From Bradyrhizobium sp. (GTDB lineage Bacteria; Pseudomonadota; Alphaproteobacteria; Rhizobiales; Xanthobacteraceae), in the NCBI GenBank assembly GCA_049802835.1, contig JBARNF010000618.1:1-50325 (forward strand): DNA of 50,325 nt, written 5' to 3'. Below, one piece after another: positions 41,927-50,325 of the stretch. Position 1 is the first letter of the stretch; each line of letters begins with the position of its first letter. Below the pieces are notes generated by a model. That model was not told the DNA's origin and made no database searches. It saw only the letters and a list, made by a program, of their open reading frames with translations. Made by a program: the position numbers and the translations under genes.

Positions 41927-43366
41927 TTGGTGGTAGGCAATCCAACCGATGGCACGAGGTGGCGCGATGGGCGCCGATGGCAAAGGGGGCCGAGGGTGGG
42001 GAGATCGGTATCGGGGACGAAGCTCGGCCCAGATCCTGTTGTCGGCCGCGCGAACGTCTCTTTGCCGGTCGCGACCGCGATCGTGATCGCGGACATGATC
42101 GGGGTCGGCGTGTTCACCAGCCTCGGCTTTCAGGTCAGGGACATCCCGTCTGGATTCGCGATCCTGCTTCTCTGGGCGGTCGGGGGCCTGGTGTCGGTGT
42201 GCGGCGCGTTGTCCTATGCCGAACTCGGCGCCATGTTTCCGCGCTCGAGCGGCGAGTACAACTTTCTGACGCGCGCGTTTCACCCCGCGATCGGATTCAT
42301 GGCTGGCTGGGTGTCGTCGACCGTCGGCTTCGCGGCGCCGGTGGCGTTGGCGGCGATGGCGTTCGGCGAATATGGCCGAGCCGTTCTGCCGGGCGTTCCG
42401 CCGCTTCTGCTCGCGGTGGGCGCGCTCTGGATCGTGACATCCGTGCAGCTCGGCGGCATCCGGCAATCGAGCCGCTTCCAGCTGTTGGCCACGGTGCTGA
42501 AGCTCGGCCTGATCGTCGCCTTCCTGATCGCCGGCTACACCATCGCGGCGCCCCAACCGGTCACTTTTTTGCCTGCCGTAACCGACATCGGCTACGTCAC
42601 GAGTGTCTCGTTCGCCACCGGGCTGGTGTTCGTGATGTACGCGTTCTCCGGCTGGAATGCGGCGACCTACATCATCGGCGAGCTGCACGCGCCGGAGTGG
42701 ACCTTGCCGCGCGCGCTGCTCGCGGGCACCTCGATCGTGCTGGTGCTCTATATCGCCCTGAACGCCGTGTTCCTCCGTGCAGCGCCGATGAACGAGCTCG
42801 TTGGCCAGCTTCAGGTTGCGAGCATCGCCGGTGGTCACATCTTCGGCGAAGCCGGCGGCCGTTTCGTCGCTGCCATGATCTGCGTCGGATTGCTTCCGTC
42901 GATCGCCGCAATGATGTGGATCGGTCCGCGCGTGCTGATGACGATGGGGGAGGATATTCCCGCCCTGTCGGTCTTCGCGCGGCGGTCGCGCCACGGAGCG
43001 CCGCCATATGCCGTGCTGTTTCAGCTCATGGTGGCAACCTCGATGCTGTTTACGGAGAGTTTCGAGGCGGTGCTCGACGTGGTCCAGTTCTCGCTCCTGT
43101 GCTGCTCGTTCCTCACGGTGCTCGGTCTGTTCAAGCTGCGCATCACGCGACCGGATCTGACGCGGCCCTACCGCGCCTGGGGTTATCCGGTCACGCCACT
43201 GATCTTCCTCATCGTGACCGGTTTCATGATGTCCTATCTGATCATCGCACGGCCGGTGCAGGCCGGGCTCGGTGCCGTGGCGATGATGTCGGGACTGCTC
43301 ATCTATTGGTTCGCTCAGACGCGGTCGGGGCGGAGCGTTGCAACAGGCTTCTCGGGTTCGGATTGA
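41927..43366 (+). CDS. APC-superfamily amino acid/polyamine permease
   Basis: MIGVGVFTSLG, YAELGAMFPRSSGEY, YAFSGWNAA, RPYRAWGYP; real start may lie further downstream. Confidence 0.88.
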   Translation: MVVGNPTDGTRWRDGRRWQRGPRVGRSVSGTKLGPDPVVGRANVSLPVATAIVIADMIGVGVFTSLGFQVRDIPSGFAILLLWAVGGLVSVCGALSYAELGAMFPRSSGEYNFLTRAFHPAIGFMAGWVSSTVGFAAPVALAAMAFGEYGRAVLPGVPPLLLAVGALWIVTSVQLGGIRQSSRFQLLATVLKLGLIVAFLIAGYTIAAPQPVTFLPAVTDIGYVTSVSFATGLVFVMYAFSGWNAATYIIGELHAPEWTLPRALLAGTSIVLVLYIALNAVFLRAAPMNELVGQLQVASIAGGHIFGEAGGRFVAAMICVGLLPSIAAMMWIGPRVLMTMGEDIPALSVFARRSRHGAPPYAVLFQLMVATSMLFTESFEAVLDVVQFSLLCCSFLTVLGLFKLRITRPDLTRPYRAWGYPVTPLIFLIVTGFMMSYLIIARPVQAGLGAVAMMSGLLIYWFAQTRSGRSVATGFSGSD

Positions 43367-43368
43367 AC

Positions 43369-44607
43369 ATGCGCGTCGGGCTGAGATCATGGTCGGCAGC
43401 TGTATGCTGCATTTTATCGATGAGTTGCGGGGGCAAGGCTCAAACCGTCACGCCCGACGATACGGCGCGGGTGCTGGCGGGCATGCCGCCTTCCGCAGCA
43501 TCGCCATTGGCTGCGCTGGCGCAGGATCCGGCGTGGCGGCGGCACGCGGCGTTCTTCGACAACGCCTTCAATCAGCTCGAGCAGCGGCAGCTGTCGCAGA
43601 TCAGGACCTGGTCCGACGTCAACCTCGCGGCGCCGCGCCCTGCGATGTTCTATTTCTTCTCGGGACCCGACTTCCTCTACGCCGACGCCTTCTATCCGAA
43701 GGCCACGACCTATGTCATGGCCGCGCTCGAACCGACCGGCTCGATCCCTGATATGACGCGATTGCCCCGGGGCAGCATCGGCCCCGCGCTGTCCTACGTG
43801 GAGCGTTCGCTGCAGTCGATTCTCAGTTTCTCCTTCTTCATCACCAGGGACATGAAGACGGATATGCGCGAAGGCGAGATCGAAGGGATTCTGCCGATCC
43901 TCTATGTGTTCCTGGCCCGGACCGGCAAGACGATTCGCAGTGCGAGCCTGATCTGGCTGGATGGGAATGGCAGGCTGCATGCTGCCGACGAGCCGCCGGC
44001 GCGCAATGCGACCAAGGGTGCGCGCCTCGTATTTGCCGGCGCCGATGGCGTCGAAAGGACGCTCTACTACTTTTCCACGGACCTTTCCGACTCCGGCGTG
44101 AAGGCCAGCGGCTTCCTCAAGTTCTGCGAGCCCCTCGCTCCCGGCAACAGCCTCCTGAAGAGCGCGTCCTACCTGTTGCATGAGAGCGGCTTCTCCCAGG
44201 TCCGCAGCTGGCTGTTGAAGAACAGCGCCACCATCATCCAGGATGATTCCGGCATCCCGCTTGCGAGCTATGAATCCAGGGCATGGCGCTTCTTCCCGTT
44301 CGGTCGCTACGCCGGTCCAATCGACAAGTTCCCGGATATGTACCAGGTCGGTTATGCGAAGCTGTTCGAGCGCGCGCCGCCGCTCGACTTCGGGATCGGG
44401 TATCGCTGGCGCACGCGCGAGTCGAATGTGCTGCTGTCGGTCAGATCGCCTCAGGCCGATACAACGACGTCCGCCGAACCGACGGCTCCGGCGGAAACCA
44501 GCTATCAGCCGTCGCGCATACGTCGCATGCCACGTCCGCCGGAGCCCGTTGCTGTGTATCCACCGCCGCCGCGGCGCGATGACTTCATCTTCTGGCCGCG
44601 CTGGTGA
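43369..44607 (+). CDS. Exported protein of unknown function
   Basis: ATG 2 bp after permease stop; signal-like N-terminus; motifs YFFSGPDFLYA, KSASYLLH, IQDDSGIP, FGIGY; Pro-rich tail. Real part of the 1267-aa track ORF. Confidence 0.75.
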   Translation: MRVGLRSWSAAVCCILSMSCGGKAQTVTPDDTARVLAGMPPSAASPLAALAQDPAWRRHAAFFDNAFNQLEQRQLSQIRTWSDVNLAAPRPAMFYFFSGPDFLYADAFYPKATTYVMAALEPTGSIPDMTRLPRGSIGPALSYVERSLQSILSFSFFITRDMKTDMREGEIEGILPILYVFLARTGKTIRSASLIWLDGNGRLHAADEPPARNATKGARLVFAGADGVERTLYYFSTDLSDSGVKASGFLKFCEPLAPGNSLLKSASYLLHESGFSQVRSWLLKNSATIIQDDSGIPLASYESRAWRFFPFGRYAGPIDKFPDMYQVGYAKLFERAPPLDFGIGYRWRTRESNVLLSVRSPQADTTTSAEPTAPAETSYQPSRIRRMPRPPEPVAVYPPPPRRDDFIFWPRW

Positions 44608-44632
44608 CGGCGCGCGATCGCTGCGTGACGCT

Positions 44633-44827
44633 TCACCAGTGCATGCTCTGGCTCGGAACGATGTAGGACGTCGTCGTCGGGGGCAGGGCGGTGCTGTCGG
44701 CGAGATAGCGCCAGCCGGCGACGATGACGATCAGAAGCGCGATGATGCAGAGCAGATCCAGCTGCCGTGCGTCGTGGCCGGTGCTCTTCCGGGATCGATT
44801 GGATCCGGGGCTGATTGTCCAGCGCAT
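44633..44827 (-). CDS. Small single-pass membrane protein
   Basis: GGGAGG RBS; one hydrophobic helix LLCIIALLIVIVAGW. Confidence 0.55.
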   Translation of the reverse strand: MRWTISPGSNRSRKSTGHDARQLDLLCIIALLIVIVAGWRYLADSTALPPTTTSYIVPSQSMHW

Positions 44828-44983
44828 CGTTGTTCCTCCCAGCAGGAAGCGTCACATCAATGCAAGGCCAAGTGGCGCCGTTCCCACAAGCGGCGCCGTC
44901 TCAACAACGAAAATAGTCATAGCCCGGGCGTTTGCCAGGGCGAGTTGCCGCAGGTCAGCCGAGCCGCCCTGTTGCGGTGCACA

Positions 44984-45337
44984 TCAGGCTGGCCCGTTGA
45001 CCCCCTGCCAGCGCGCGTACCGCCACGGCAGATACCAGCACGCGCCGGCCGGAGCTTCGGCCGGGACGTTGTCGATGCCCGAGGTGCCGAACGGCTGACA
45101 GCGCAGCAGCCGCGCCAGGGTCATCCAGCCGCCCGCCCATAGTCCAAAACGGTCGATCGCTTCGTCGGCATAGACCGAGCAGGTCGGCAAGTGTCGGCAA
45201 TTGTAGCCGACCAGCGGCGACAGCGTGTGTCGATAGAGCCAGATCAGAGTACGGGCTGCGCGTCGGGGGATTCGCGACAACGACGAAGACCGGATGTTCG
45301 CAGATTGGCAGGCAGGATCTGAACATGCGTGTTTCAT
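44984..45337 (-). CDS. yidD: Membrane protein insertion efficiency factor
   Basis: YRHTLSPLVGYNCRHLPTCSVYA..AIDRFG...RLLRCQPFG..G.D.VP. Confidence 0.92.
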   Translation of the reverse strand: MKHACSDPACQSANIRSSSLSRIPRRAARTLIWLYRHTLSPLVGYNCRHLPTCSVYADEAIDRFGLWAGGWMTLARLLRCQPFGTSGIDNVPAEAPAGACWYLPWRYARWQGVNGPA

Positions 45338-45599
45338 GAGCGCCGTGCCGGGTGGACGAGCGGGCCTCTGACCGGTTCCTTGGCAAGGAACCTTCGCTCG
45401 CGCGCATTTGTGGTGATGTGATGCAACAATGGCAGGTTTTCAGCGGCGCCGCAGCACGCCACGGCTGGACGCTAGGGGATTGCCCGGATACGTTTCCCGA
45501 CAAAGCTATGACAGACTAATAACGAATTGAGGCCAGCTTGTCAGGTCTTGACGCTACGGAAACGAGGAACTCCGGACCGAGCTCAACGAGGGGGGCGGA

Positions 45600-46508
45600 T
45601 TGCGCGTGAGATTGCTGCGGTCGCGTGAATTGCGCTGGATGCTTCTCGGCATTGCAGCGGTCGGTGCGGTGCTCGGTAGCGCGATCACCATGATGTCGAA
45701 CACGGCGCGGGCGGGCGCCGCGCTCGAAGAACGCAAGCTCCCGATGCGGTTCGACTGGGTGGCATGTGAGCCCAACTGCGGCTGGGTCAGCGCGGTCGGC
45801 ATCGTCACCGGCGACACTCCGAAGGATTTCGAGGATTTCGCCAGGGATCGGGACCTCACCGGGGCGACCCTCGTGCTCGACTCCAGCGGCGGCTCGGTCA
45901 ATGACGCGATCACGCTCGGGCGGCGGTTCCGCGGCCTGAAGATGCGCACCACCGTGGGGATGACGCTGCGTCCCAGCCGGACGAGCGACCGGCCGCGTAT
46001 CGCGCCCGAGGCCTACTGCGAGTCGATGTGCGTATTCCTGCTGTTGGGCGGAACCACACGCTACGTCCCCGACGTGGCGCATGTCCGGGTGCATCAGATC
46101 TGGATGGGGGATCGTGCCGATGACGCCAAGGCGGCGAGCTATACGGCGCAGGACCTGATGATCGTCGAGCGCGACATCGGCCGTCTCGCCAAATACACCT
46201 TCGACATGGGCGGGGCCGGCGACCTGCTGTCCCTGGCGCTCAACGTGCCGCCGTGGGAAGACCTGCACGAATTGTCCCGCGCCGAATTACGGCTCACCAA
46301 CATCGTCACCACCGAGATGGTGGCCGAGGTATTGCCGCTCGCCAAGGGCACCATCCCGGTCGTCGCCCTCGTGCCGAAAGGGCAGGATAAGAACCAGGAG
46401 CGTTTCCCGGTTGTTGCGGCTGAATCCGACAAGGGGCAGTCCGCGCGATCGACCCGGACAGCGGAAGCGCTCCCGCCGAACACGGTCGCTGCGACGCCGC
46501 AGCAGTAG
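45600..46508 (+). CDS. Membrane/exported protein with ClpP/crotonase-like (COG3904-type) domain
   Basis: CEPNCGWVSAVG, LDSSGGSVNDAITLG, CESMCVFLLLGG..R, VRVHQ; start uncertain. Confidence 0.7.
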   Translation: MRVRLLRSRELRWMLLGIAAVGAVLGSAITMMSNTARAGAALEERKLPMRFDWVACEPNCGWVSAVGIVTGDTPKDFEDFARDRDLTGATLVLDSSGGSVNDAITLGRRFRGLKMRTTVGMTLRPSRTSDRPRIAPEAYCESMCVFLLLGGTTRYVPDVAHVRVHQIWMGDRADDAKAASYTAQDLMIVERDIGRLAKYTFDMGGAGDLLSLALNVPPWEDLHELSRAELRLTNIVTTEMVAEVLPLAKGTIPVVALVPKGQDKNQERFPVVAAESDKGQSARSTRTAEALPPNTVAATPQQ

Positions 46509-46582
46509 CCGGTCCTTGTCGAAGTGAAACCGCGGCTGCCCCGGTCGCCGGTACGATCTATGGCTCCCGCGGCAACGATCGG

Positions 46583-47071
46583 CTAGCCCTGGGCCGCAGC
46601 CGGCTGCTGGTCCGCGGTCGTGTTCCCCGCGGTCGTATTCTCCGTCCTGGCCTCGATCTGGCTGATCGCGTCGACCACGGCGTCAAAGGTCAGCAGGGTC
46701 GAGGCGTGACGGGCCTTGTAATCCCGCACCGGCTCGAGCAGGGCGATATCGGCCCATTTGCCCTGCGGCGGCGCGCCGTTCTCCTTCAGCATCCGACGGA
46801 CCGACTCACGCAACTCGCGCAGCTCCGTTGCGTTCGATCCGACGACATGGCGGGCCATGATCGAGGAGGAGGCCTGGCCCAGCGCGCAGGCCTTCACGTC
46901 ATGGGCGAAGTCGGTCACGACCGGGCCGTCCATCTTGAGATCGATCTTCACGGTCGAGCCGCACAGCTTGGAATGGGCGGTGGCGGTGGCGTCGGGGTGA
47001 TCCAGCCGTCCGAGCCGCGGAATGTTTCCGGCGAGCTCGATGATGCGCTTATTGTAGATGTCGTTCAGCAT
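46583..47071 (-). CDS. IscU/NifU-N-like Fe-S scaffold protein
   Basis: HSKLCGSTV, VKACALGQASSS, RHASTLL. Confidence 0.88.
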   Translation of the reverse strand: MLNDIYNKRIIELAGNIPRLGRLDHPDATATAHSKLCGSTVKIDLKMDGPVVTDFAHDVKACALGQASSSIMARHVVGSNATELRELRESVRRMLKENGAPPQGKWADIALLEPVRDYKARHASTLLTFDAVVDAISQIEARTENTTAGNTTADQQPAAAQG

Positions 47072-47268
47072 GTGCCTGACGTCCCGGATTTACCGTCGGG
47101 GTCGGCCTTGGCGGCCGGGTTTCATCGCCCTATATTGTGACTATATGGAAATGATTGGCCGGAATTCCAGCCACATCCACAGCCGTCTGGCGTATAGGCG
47201 CCCAGTCTGCAGTGACAATCCGCCGGTGACACTCCGGTCGGTCCGCCGACCGGTCGAACGGAGTAGAG

Positions 47269-47976
47269 ATGGACGCTTTGATCAAGACGCTGCGCGCGAA
47301 CAAGCCGGACGGCAAGCCGTCTGATGCCAAATTGCCGGAAGCCCGCCCCGCGGAGCTCGATCCGGCCGAGTTTCTTGCCGCTGCCGTTCGCGCCGACCGG
47401 CCGCGCCCGTCGCGGGCGGAGGCCGAGTCCGCTGTTTATACTCTGCTCAATTACATCGGCGAGGATCCGACCCGTGAAGGCCTGATCGATACGCCGCGGC
47501 GCGTGGTCGAGGCGTTCGACGAACTCTATCAGGGCTACCATCAGTGCCCGGCCACCGTGCTCGACCGCACCTTCGGCGAGACCGCCGGCTATGACGATTT
47601 CGTGCTGATCCGCGACATCGAGTTCACGTCGCAATGCGAGCATCACATGATGCCGTTCTACGGCAGGGCGCATATCGCCTACACCCCGGTCGAGCGGGTG
47701 GTGGGGCTGTCGAAGCTTGCGCGGCTGACCGATATCTTCGCGCGCCGCCTGCAGACCCAGGAGCATCTGACGGCCCAGATCGCGGCGGCGATCGACGAGG
47801 TGCTGAAGCCGCGCGGCGTGGCGGTGATGATCGAGGCCGAACACACCTGCATGTCGGTGCGCGGGGTTGCCAAGCACGGCGCCATGACCTTCACCAGCCG
47901 CTTCACCGGGATGTTCAGGGACAATCCGGCGGAGCAGGGGCGTTTCCTGTCCATGGTGCGGTCGCCGCAACGATAG
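47269..47976 (+). CDS. folE: GTP cyclohydrolase I
   Basis: [47 protein letters not shown]. Confidence 0.96.
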   Translation: MDALIKTLRANKPDGKPSDAKLPEARPAELDPAEFLAAAVRADRPRPSRAEAESAVYTLLNYIGEDPTREGLIDTPRRVVEAFDELYQGYHQCPATVLDRTFGETAGYDDFVLIRDIEFTSQCEHHMMPFYGRAHIAYTPVERVVGLSKLARLTDIFARRLQTQEHLTAQIAAAIDEVLKPRGVAVMIEAEHTCMSVRGVAKHGAMTFTSRFTGMFRDNPAEQGRFLSMVRSPQR

Positions 47977-48005
47977 GCCGTCCAAGGTCTTGAGCAGAGA
48001 TTTTC

Positions 48006-48431
48006 GTGTCTTCATCCTCAGTTGAACGTGAGGAGGGCGCAGCCTTCCTGCCGAAATTCGACGCGGCCGGTCTCGTCACCTGTGTGACGACCGATGCCGT
48101 AAGTGGCGACGTGCTCATGGTCGCCCACATGAACGACGAGGCGCTGCGCAAGACCGTCGCGACGGGCGAGGCGTGGTATTTCAGCCGCTCGCGCAACGCC
48201 TTGTGGCGGAAGGGTGAGAGCTCGGGGCAGACCCAGCGAGTCGTCGAGATGCGCACCGATTGCGACCAGGACGCGGTCTGGCTGCGCGTCGAGCAGACCG
48301 GAGCGGCCTGCCACACCGGCCGCCACTCCTGCTTCTATCGCAAGATCGAGCGGGCCGATGAAGGCGGCGCCCGTCTCGTCTTCGTCGATGCCGACAGGCT
48401 GTTCGATCCGGACGCGGTCTATCGCAAGTAG
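48006..48431 (+). CDS. hisI: Phosphoribosyl-AMP cyclohydrolase
   Basis: [30 protein letters not shown]. Confidence 0.96.
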   Translation: MSSSSVEREEGAAFLPKFDAAGLVTCVTTDAVSGDVLMVAHMNDEALRKTVATGEAWYFSRSRNALWRKGESSGQTQRVVEMRTDCDQDAVWLRVEQTGAACHTGRHSCFYRKIERADEGGARLVFVDADRLFDPDAVYRK

Positions 48432-48505
48432 GCCAGAGACAAGTAGGCCAGAGACCCGCCTCCGGCAATTTGCGGGTCGTTCATTGGCCTGCTCCGGGTA
48501 ACGAA

Positions 48506-48521
48506 TTAACCGGCCATTAAC
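48506..48521 (+). promoter_or_regulatory. CtrA-binding box
   Basis: TTAA-ccggcca-TTAAC, exact TTAA-N7-TTAAC, upstream of the transglycosylase gene. Confidence 0.7.
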
Positions 48522-48595
48522 CATACCGATCGCATTTTGCCTGATGTTTCCGGCGCGTTTGTCTGCCACCGAATCTGCAAACAGCGGGTCATCCC

Positions 48596-49630
48596 ATGTC
48601 GGTCGACGCATCCAACTCCTCGTCCACCGGGCTCCTTGAGGGTGTCCGGGCGCGGGTCGCCGGCGCGATCAAGCAGGCCGCCGACACGGTCGGCACCAGC
48701 TTCGAATATCTGCTGTCGACCGCGAAGATGGAGTCGGACTTCAACCCGACCGCAGGTGCTTCCACGTCTTCGGCGCGCGGGCTCTACCAGTTCATCGACC
48801 AGACCTGGCTCGGCACGGTAAAGGAGGCCGGCACCGAACTCGGCTATGGCCAATATGCCGATGCGATCACCAAGACGTCGTCCGGCGATTACACGGTCAG
48901 CGATCCCGGCATGCGGCAGGCGATCATGAAGCTGCGCGACGACCCCAAGGCGTCGTCGGCGATGGCGGCCGCCCTGACGCAATCGAACAGCTTTCAGCTC
49001 ACCGGCGCGATCGGCCGGCGACCGACCGATGCCGAGCTCTATATGGCACATTTCATGGGCGTCGGCGGCGCGGCCAAGCTGATCACGAGCGCCCAGGACA
49101 CGCCGAGCGCGTCCGCGGCGCGGATGTTTCCCAGCGCGGCGGCGGCCAACCGGCCGATCTTCTACGATCGCGACGGACAAGCGCGCAGTGTCTCCCAGGT
49201 CTATTCGGTCCTGAACGGCCGCTACGCCGGCGCCGCCAATTCCTCGGCCACCCGCGGGGCGCTCGCCCTCTACGGCGGAGCGTCGTCGAATGTGGCGCTC
49301 GCCAATGCCGCCGGTGGCGGCGCGCTGCCAACGACCGATACGGCGACCTTTCTGTCGATGTTCCCGGATGTCCGCGGGTCCTCTCAAGCTGCATCCTCCG
49401 TGACGGCGGATGCATCGACCGCGAGCCGGCCGGCGGATCCGATGTTCCGCTCGCTATTCCAGGTCGACGGCCAGTCGACTCAGACGGTTTCGCCGGATGT
49501 CCGCGAATTGTGGGGCCGTTCCTCGGTTGCCAGCACCGCGTCGGCAGAAGGCGCCGCCAACAACGGCAACGGCGGTAGTCAGCGCCGGCTCGACCTGTTC
49601 AGCGATCCCCACGGGACCTTCTCCGGCTGA
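48596..49630 (+). CDS. Lytic transglycosylase (SLT domain) protein
   Basis: TAKMESDFNP.A..STSSARGLYQF, LYMAHFMG.GGA; low-complexity C-terminus. Confidence 0.85.
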   Translation: MSVDASNSSSTGLLEGVRARVAGAIKQAADTVGTSFEYLLSTAKMESDFNPTAGASTSSARGLYQFIDQTWLGTVKEAGTELGYGQYADAITKTSSGDYTVSDPGMRQAIMKLRDDPKASSAMAAALTQSNSFQLTGAIGRRPTDAELYMAHFMGVGGAAKLITSAQDTPSASAARMFPSAAAANRPIFYDRDGQARSVSQVYSVLNGRYAGAANSSATRGALALYGGASSNVALANAAGGGALPTTDTATFLSMFPDVRGSSQAASSVTADASTASRPADPMFRSLFQVDGQSTQTVSPDVRELWGRSSVASTASAEGAANNGNGGSQRRLDLFSDPHGTFSG

Positions 49631-49761
49631 GATGGCAGCTGCGGCCAGCTAGAGCCCGCCTGAACCATTGATCCAACGGGAATAATTTTCGCATCCTGCT
49701 GCGGAGGCCGGTAATGCCGGCGGCCGCAATTTGCCCGTTCGACTACGGCCAATTTGGGTCT

Positions 49762-49845
49762 TTAACGGTATCATAATATTGTATCGAGCCGGTGGCTTAA
49801 CAAAACATCAACGAAACCAGCCACTTATGGTGAACGCTTTGTTAA
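49762..49845. promoter_or_regulatory. Cluster of three CtrA-like boxes upstream of the DUF2336 gene
   Basis: TTAA-N7-ATAA 49762-49776; TTAA-N7-TCAAC 49797-49812; TGAA-N7-TTAA 49831-49845. Confidence 0.5.
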
Positions 49846-49918
49846 GCGTCGTGGTTTATTTTCGGTGTTGTCGGGGCCCTCGTGGCCTTGTTTGCAAGTT
49901 GCGTAAGCCGGAAAGACC

Positions 49919-50325
49919 ATGATCGTTCGGCAGTTTCTCAGTTGGGTCAGAACCGCACCCGCCGGTGAGCGGGCAGAGGCCACCAGGGCTTTGGCGCGGG
50001 CGTGGTTGCTTTCGAATCTCAGCGATGAGGATCGCGGCGCCGCTGAAGGCGCGCTTCTCATGCTTCTGGACGATCCGTCGCCGCTGGTGCGGCAGGCCAT
50101 GGCGGAGGTGTTCGCGCGATCGGCGGAGGCGCCGGCGGCCATCGTCCAGGCGCTCGCCACCGACCAGCCTTCGGTCGCCGCCATCATCCTCGAACATTCG
50201 CCGCTGCTCATCGACGCCGACCTCGTCGACCTCGTCGCCACCGGTAATTCGGAAACGCAATGCGCCGTGGCGCGCCGCATCGGCCTGCCGGCGCCGGTCT
50301 GCGCCGCGATCGCGGAGGTCGGCAG
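49919..50325 (+). CDS. DUF2336 domain protein, runs off the window end
   Basis: Manual translation MIVRQFLSWVRTAPAGERAEATRALARA...LLDDPSPLVRQAMA...ILEHSPLLIDADLVDLV..G....CAVARR. Confidence 0.8.
   Translation, partial: MIVRQFLSWVRTAPAGERAEATRALARAWLLSNLSDEDRGAAEGALLMLLDDPSPLVRQAMAEVFARSAEAPAAIVQALATDQPSVAAIILEHSPLLIDADLVDLVATGNSETQCAVARRIGLPAPVCAAIAEVG

Noticed and set aside
40804..44607. 1267-aa ORF in the track
   Set aside because: First about 855 codons are antisense to the deacetylase and out of frame over the permease; only 43369-44607 looks like a real protein.

Overview
GC-rich alphaproteobacterial chromosome segment; gene content, protein sequences and repeat types look like Bradyrhizobium (inference, no database search done). 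The backbone is housekeeping: ptsP (partial), lysC, ubiG, nitrilase-grxC-comF, mutT, argJ, PPIase, secA, thrS, yidD, iscU-like, folE, hisI, a lytic transglycosylase and a DUF2336 gene (partial). Superimposed on it: (1) a 419-bp cassette with a small GIY-YIG nuclease gene between 34-bp inverted REP-type hairpin repeats, plus three gene-less doublets of the same repeat (REPtron/REPIN-like layout, but with GIY-YIG instead of a RAYT transposase); (2) several other CGTC- and GTAG-tagged REP families, mostly at convergent gene ends; (3) a ~0.5-kb highly base-paired non-coding element beside an IHF-site palindrome at 23.1-23.8 kb; (4) an accessory block between thrS and yidD encoding a secreted FGE-sulfatase-fold protein, a TIR protein and a membrane-anchored STAND NTPase-WD40 (NLR-like) receptor, followed by a polysaccharide deacetylase, an APC permease and an unknown exported protein; (5) a macrodomain gene wedged into the comF locus, a tRNA-Thr-anticodon-like hairpin in the thrS leader, and CtrA boxes. 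No rRNA, tRNA, CRISPR array, integrase or classical IS transposase was recognised.
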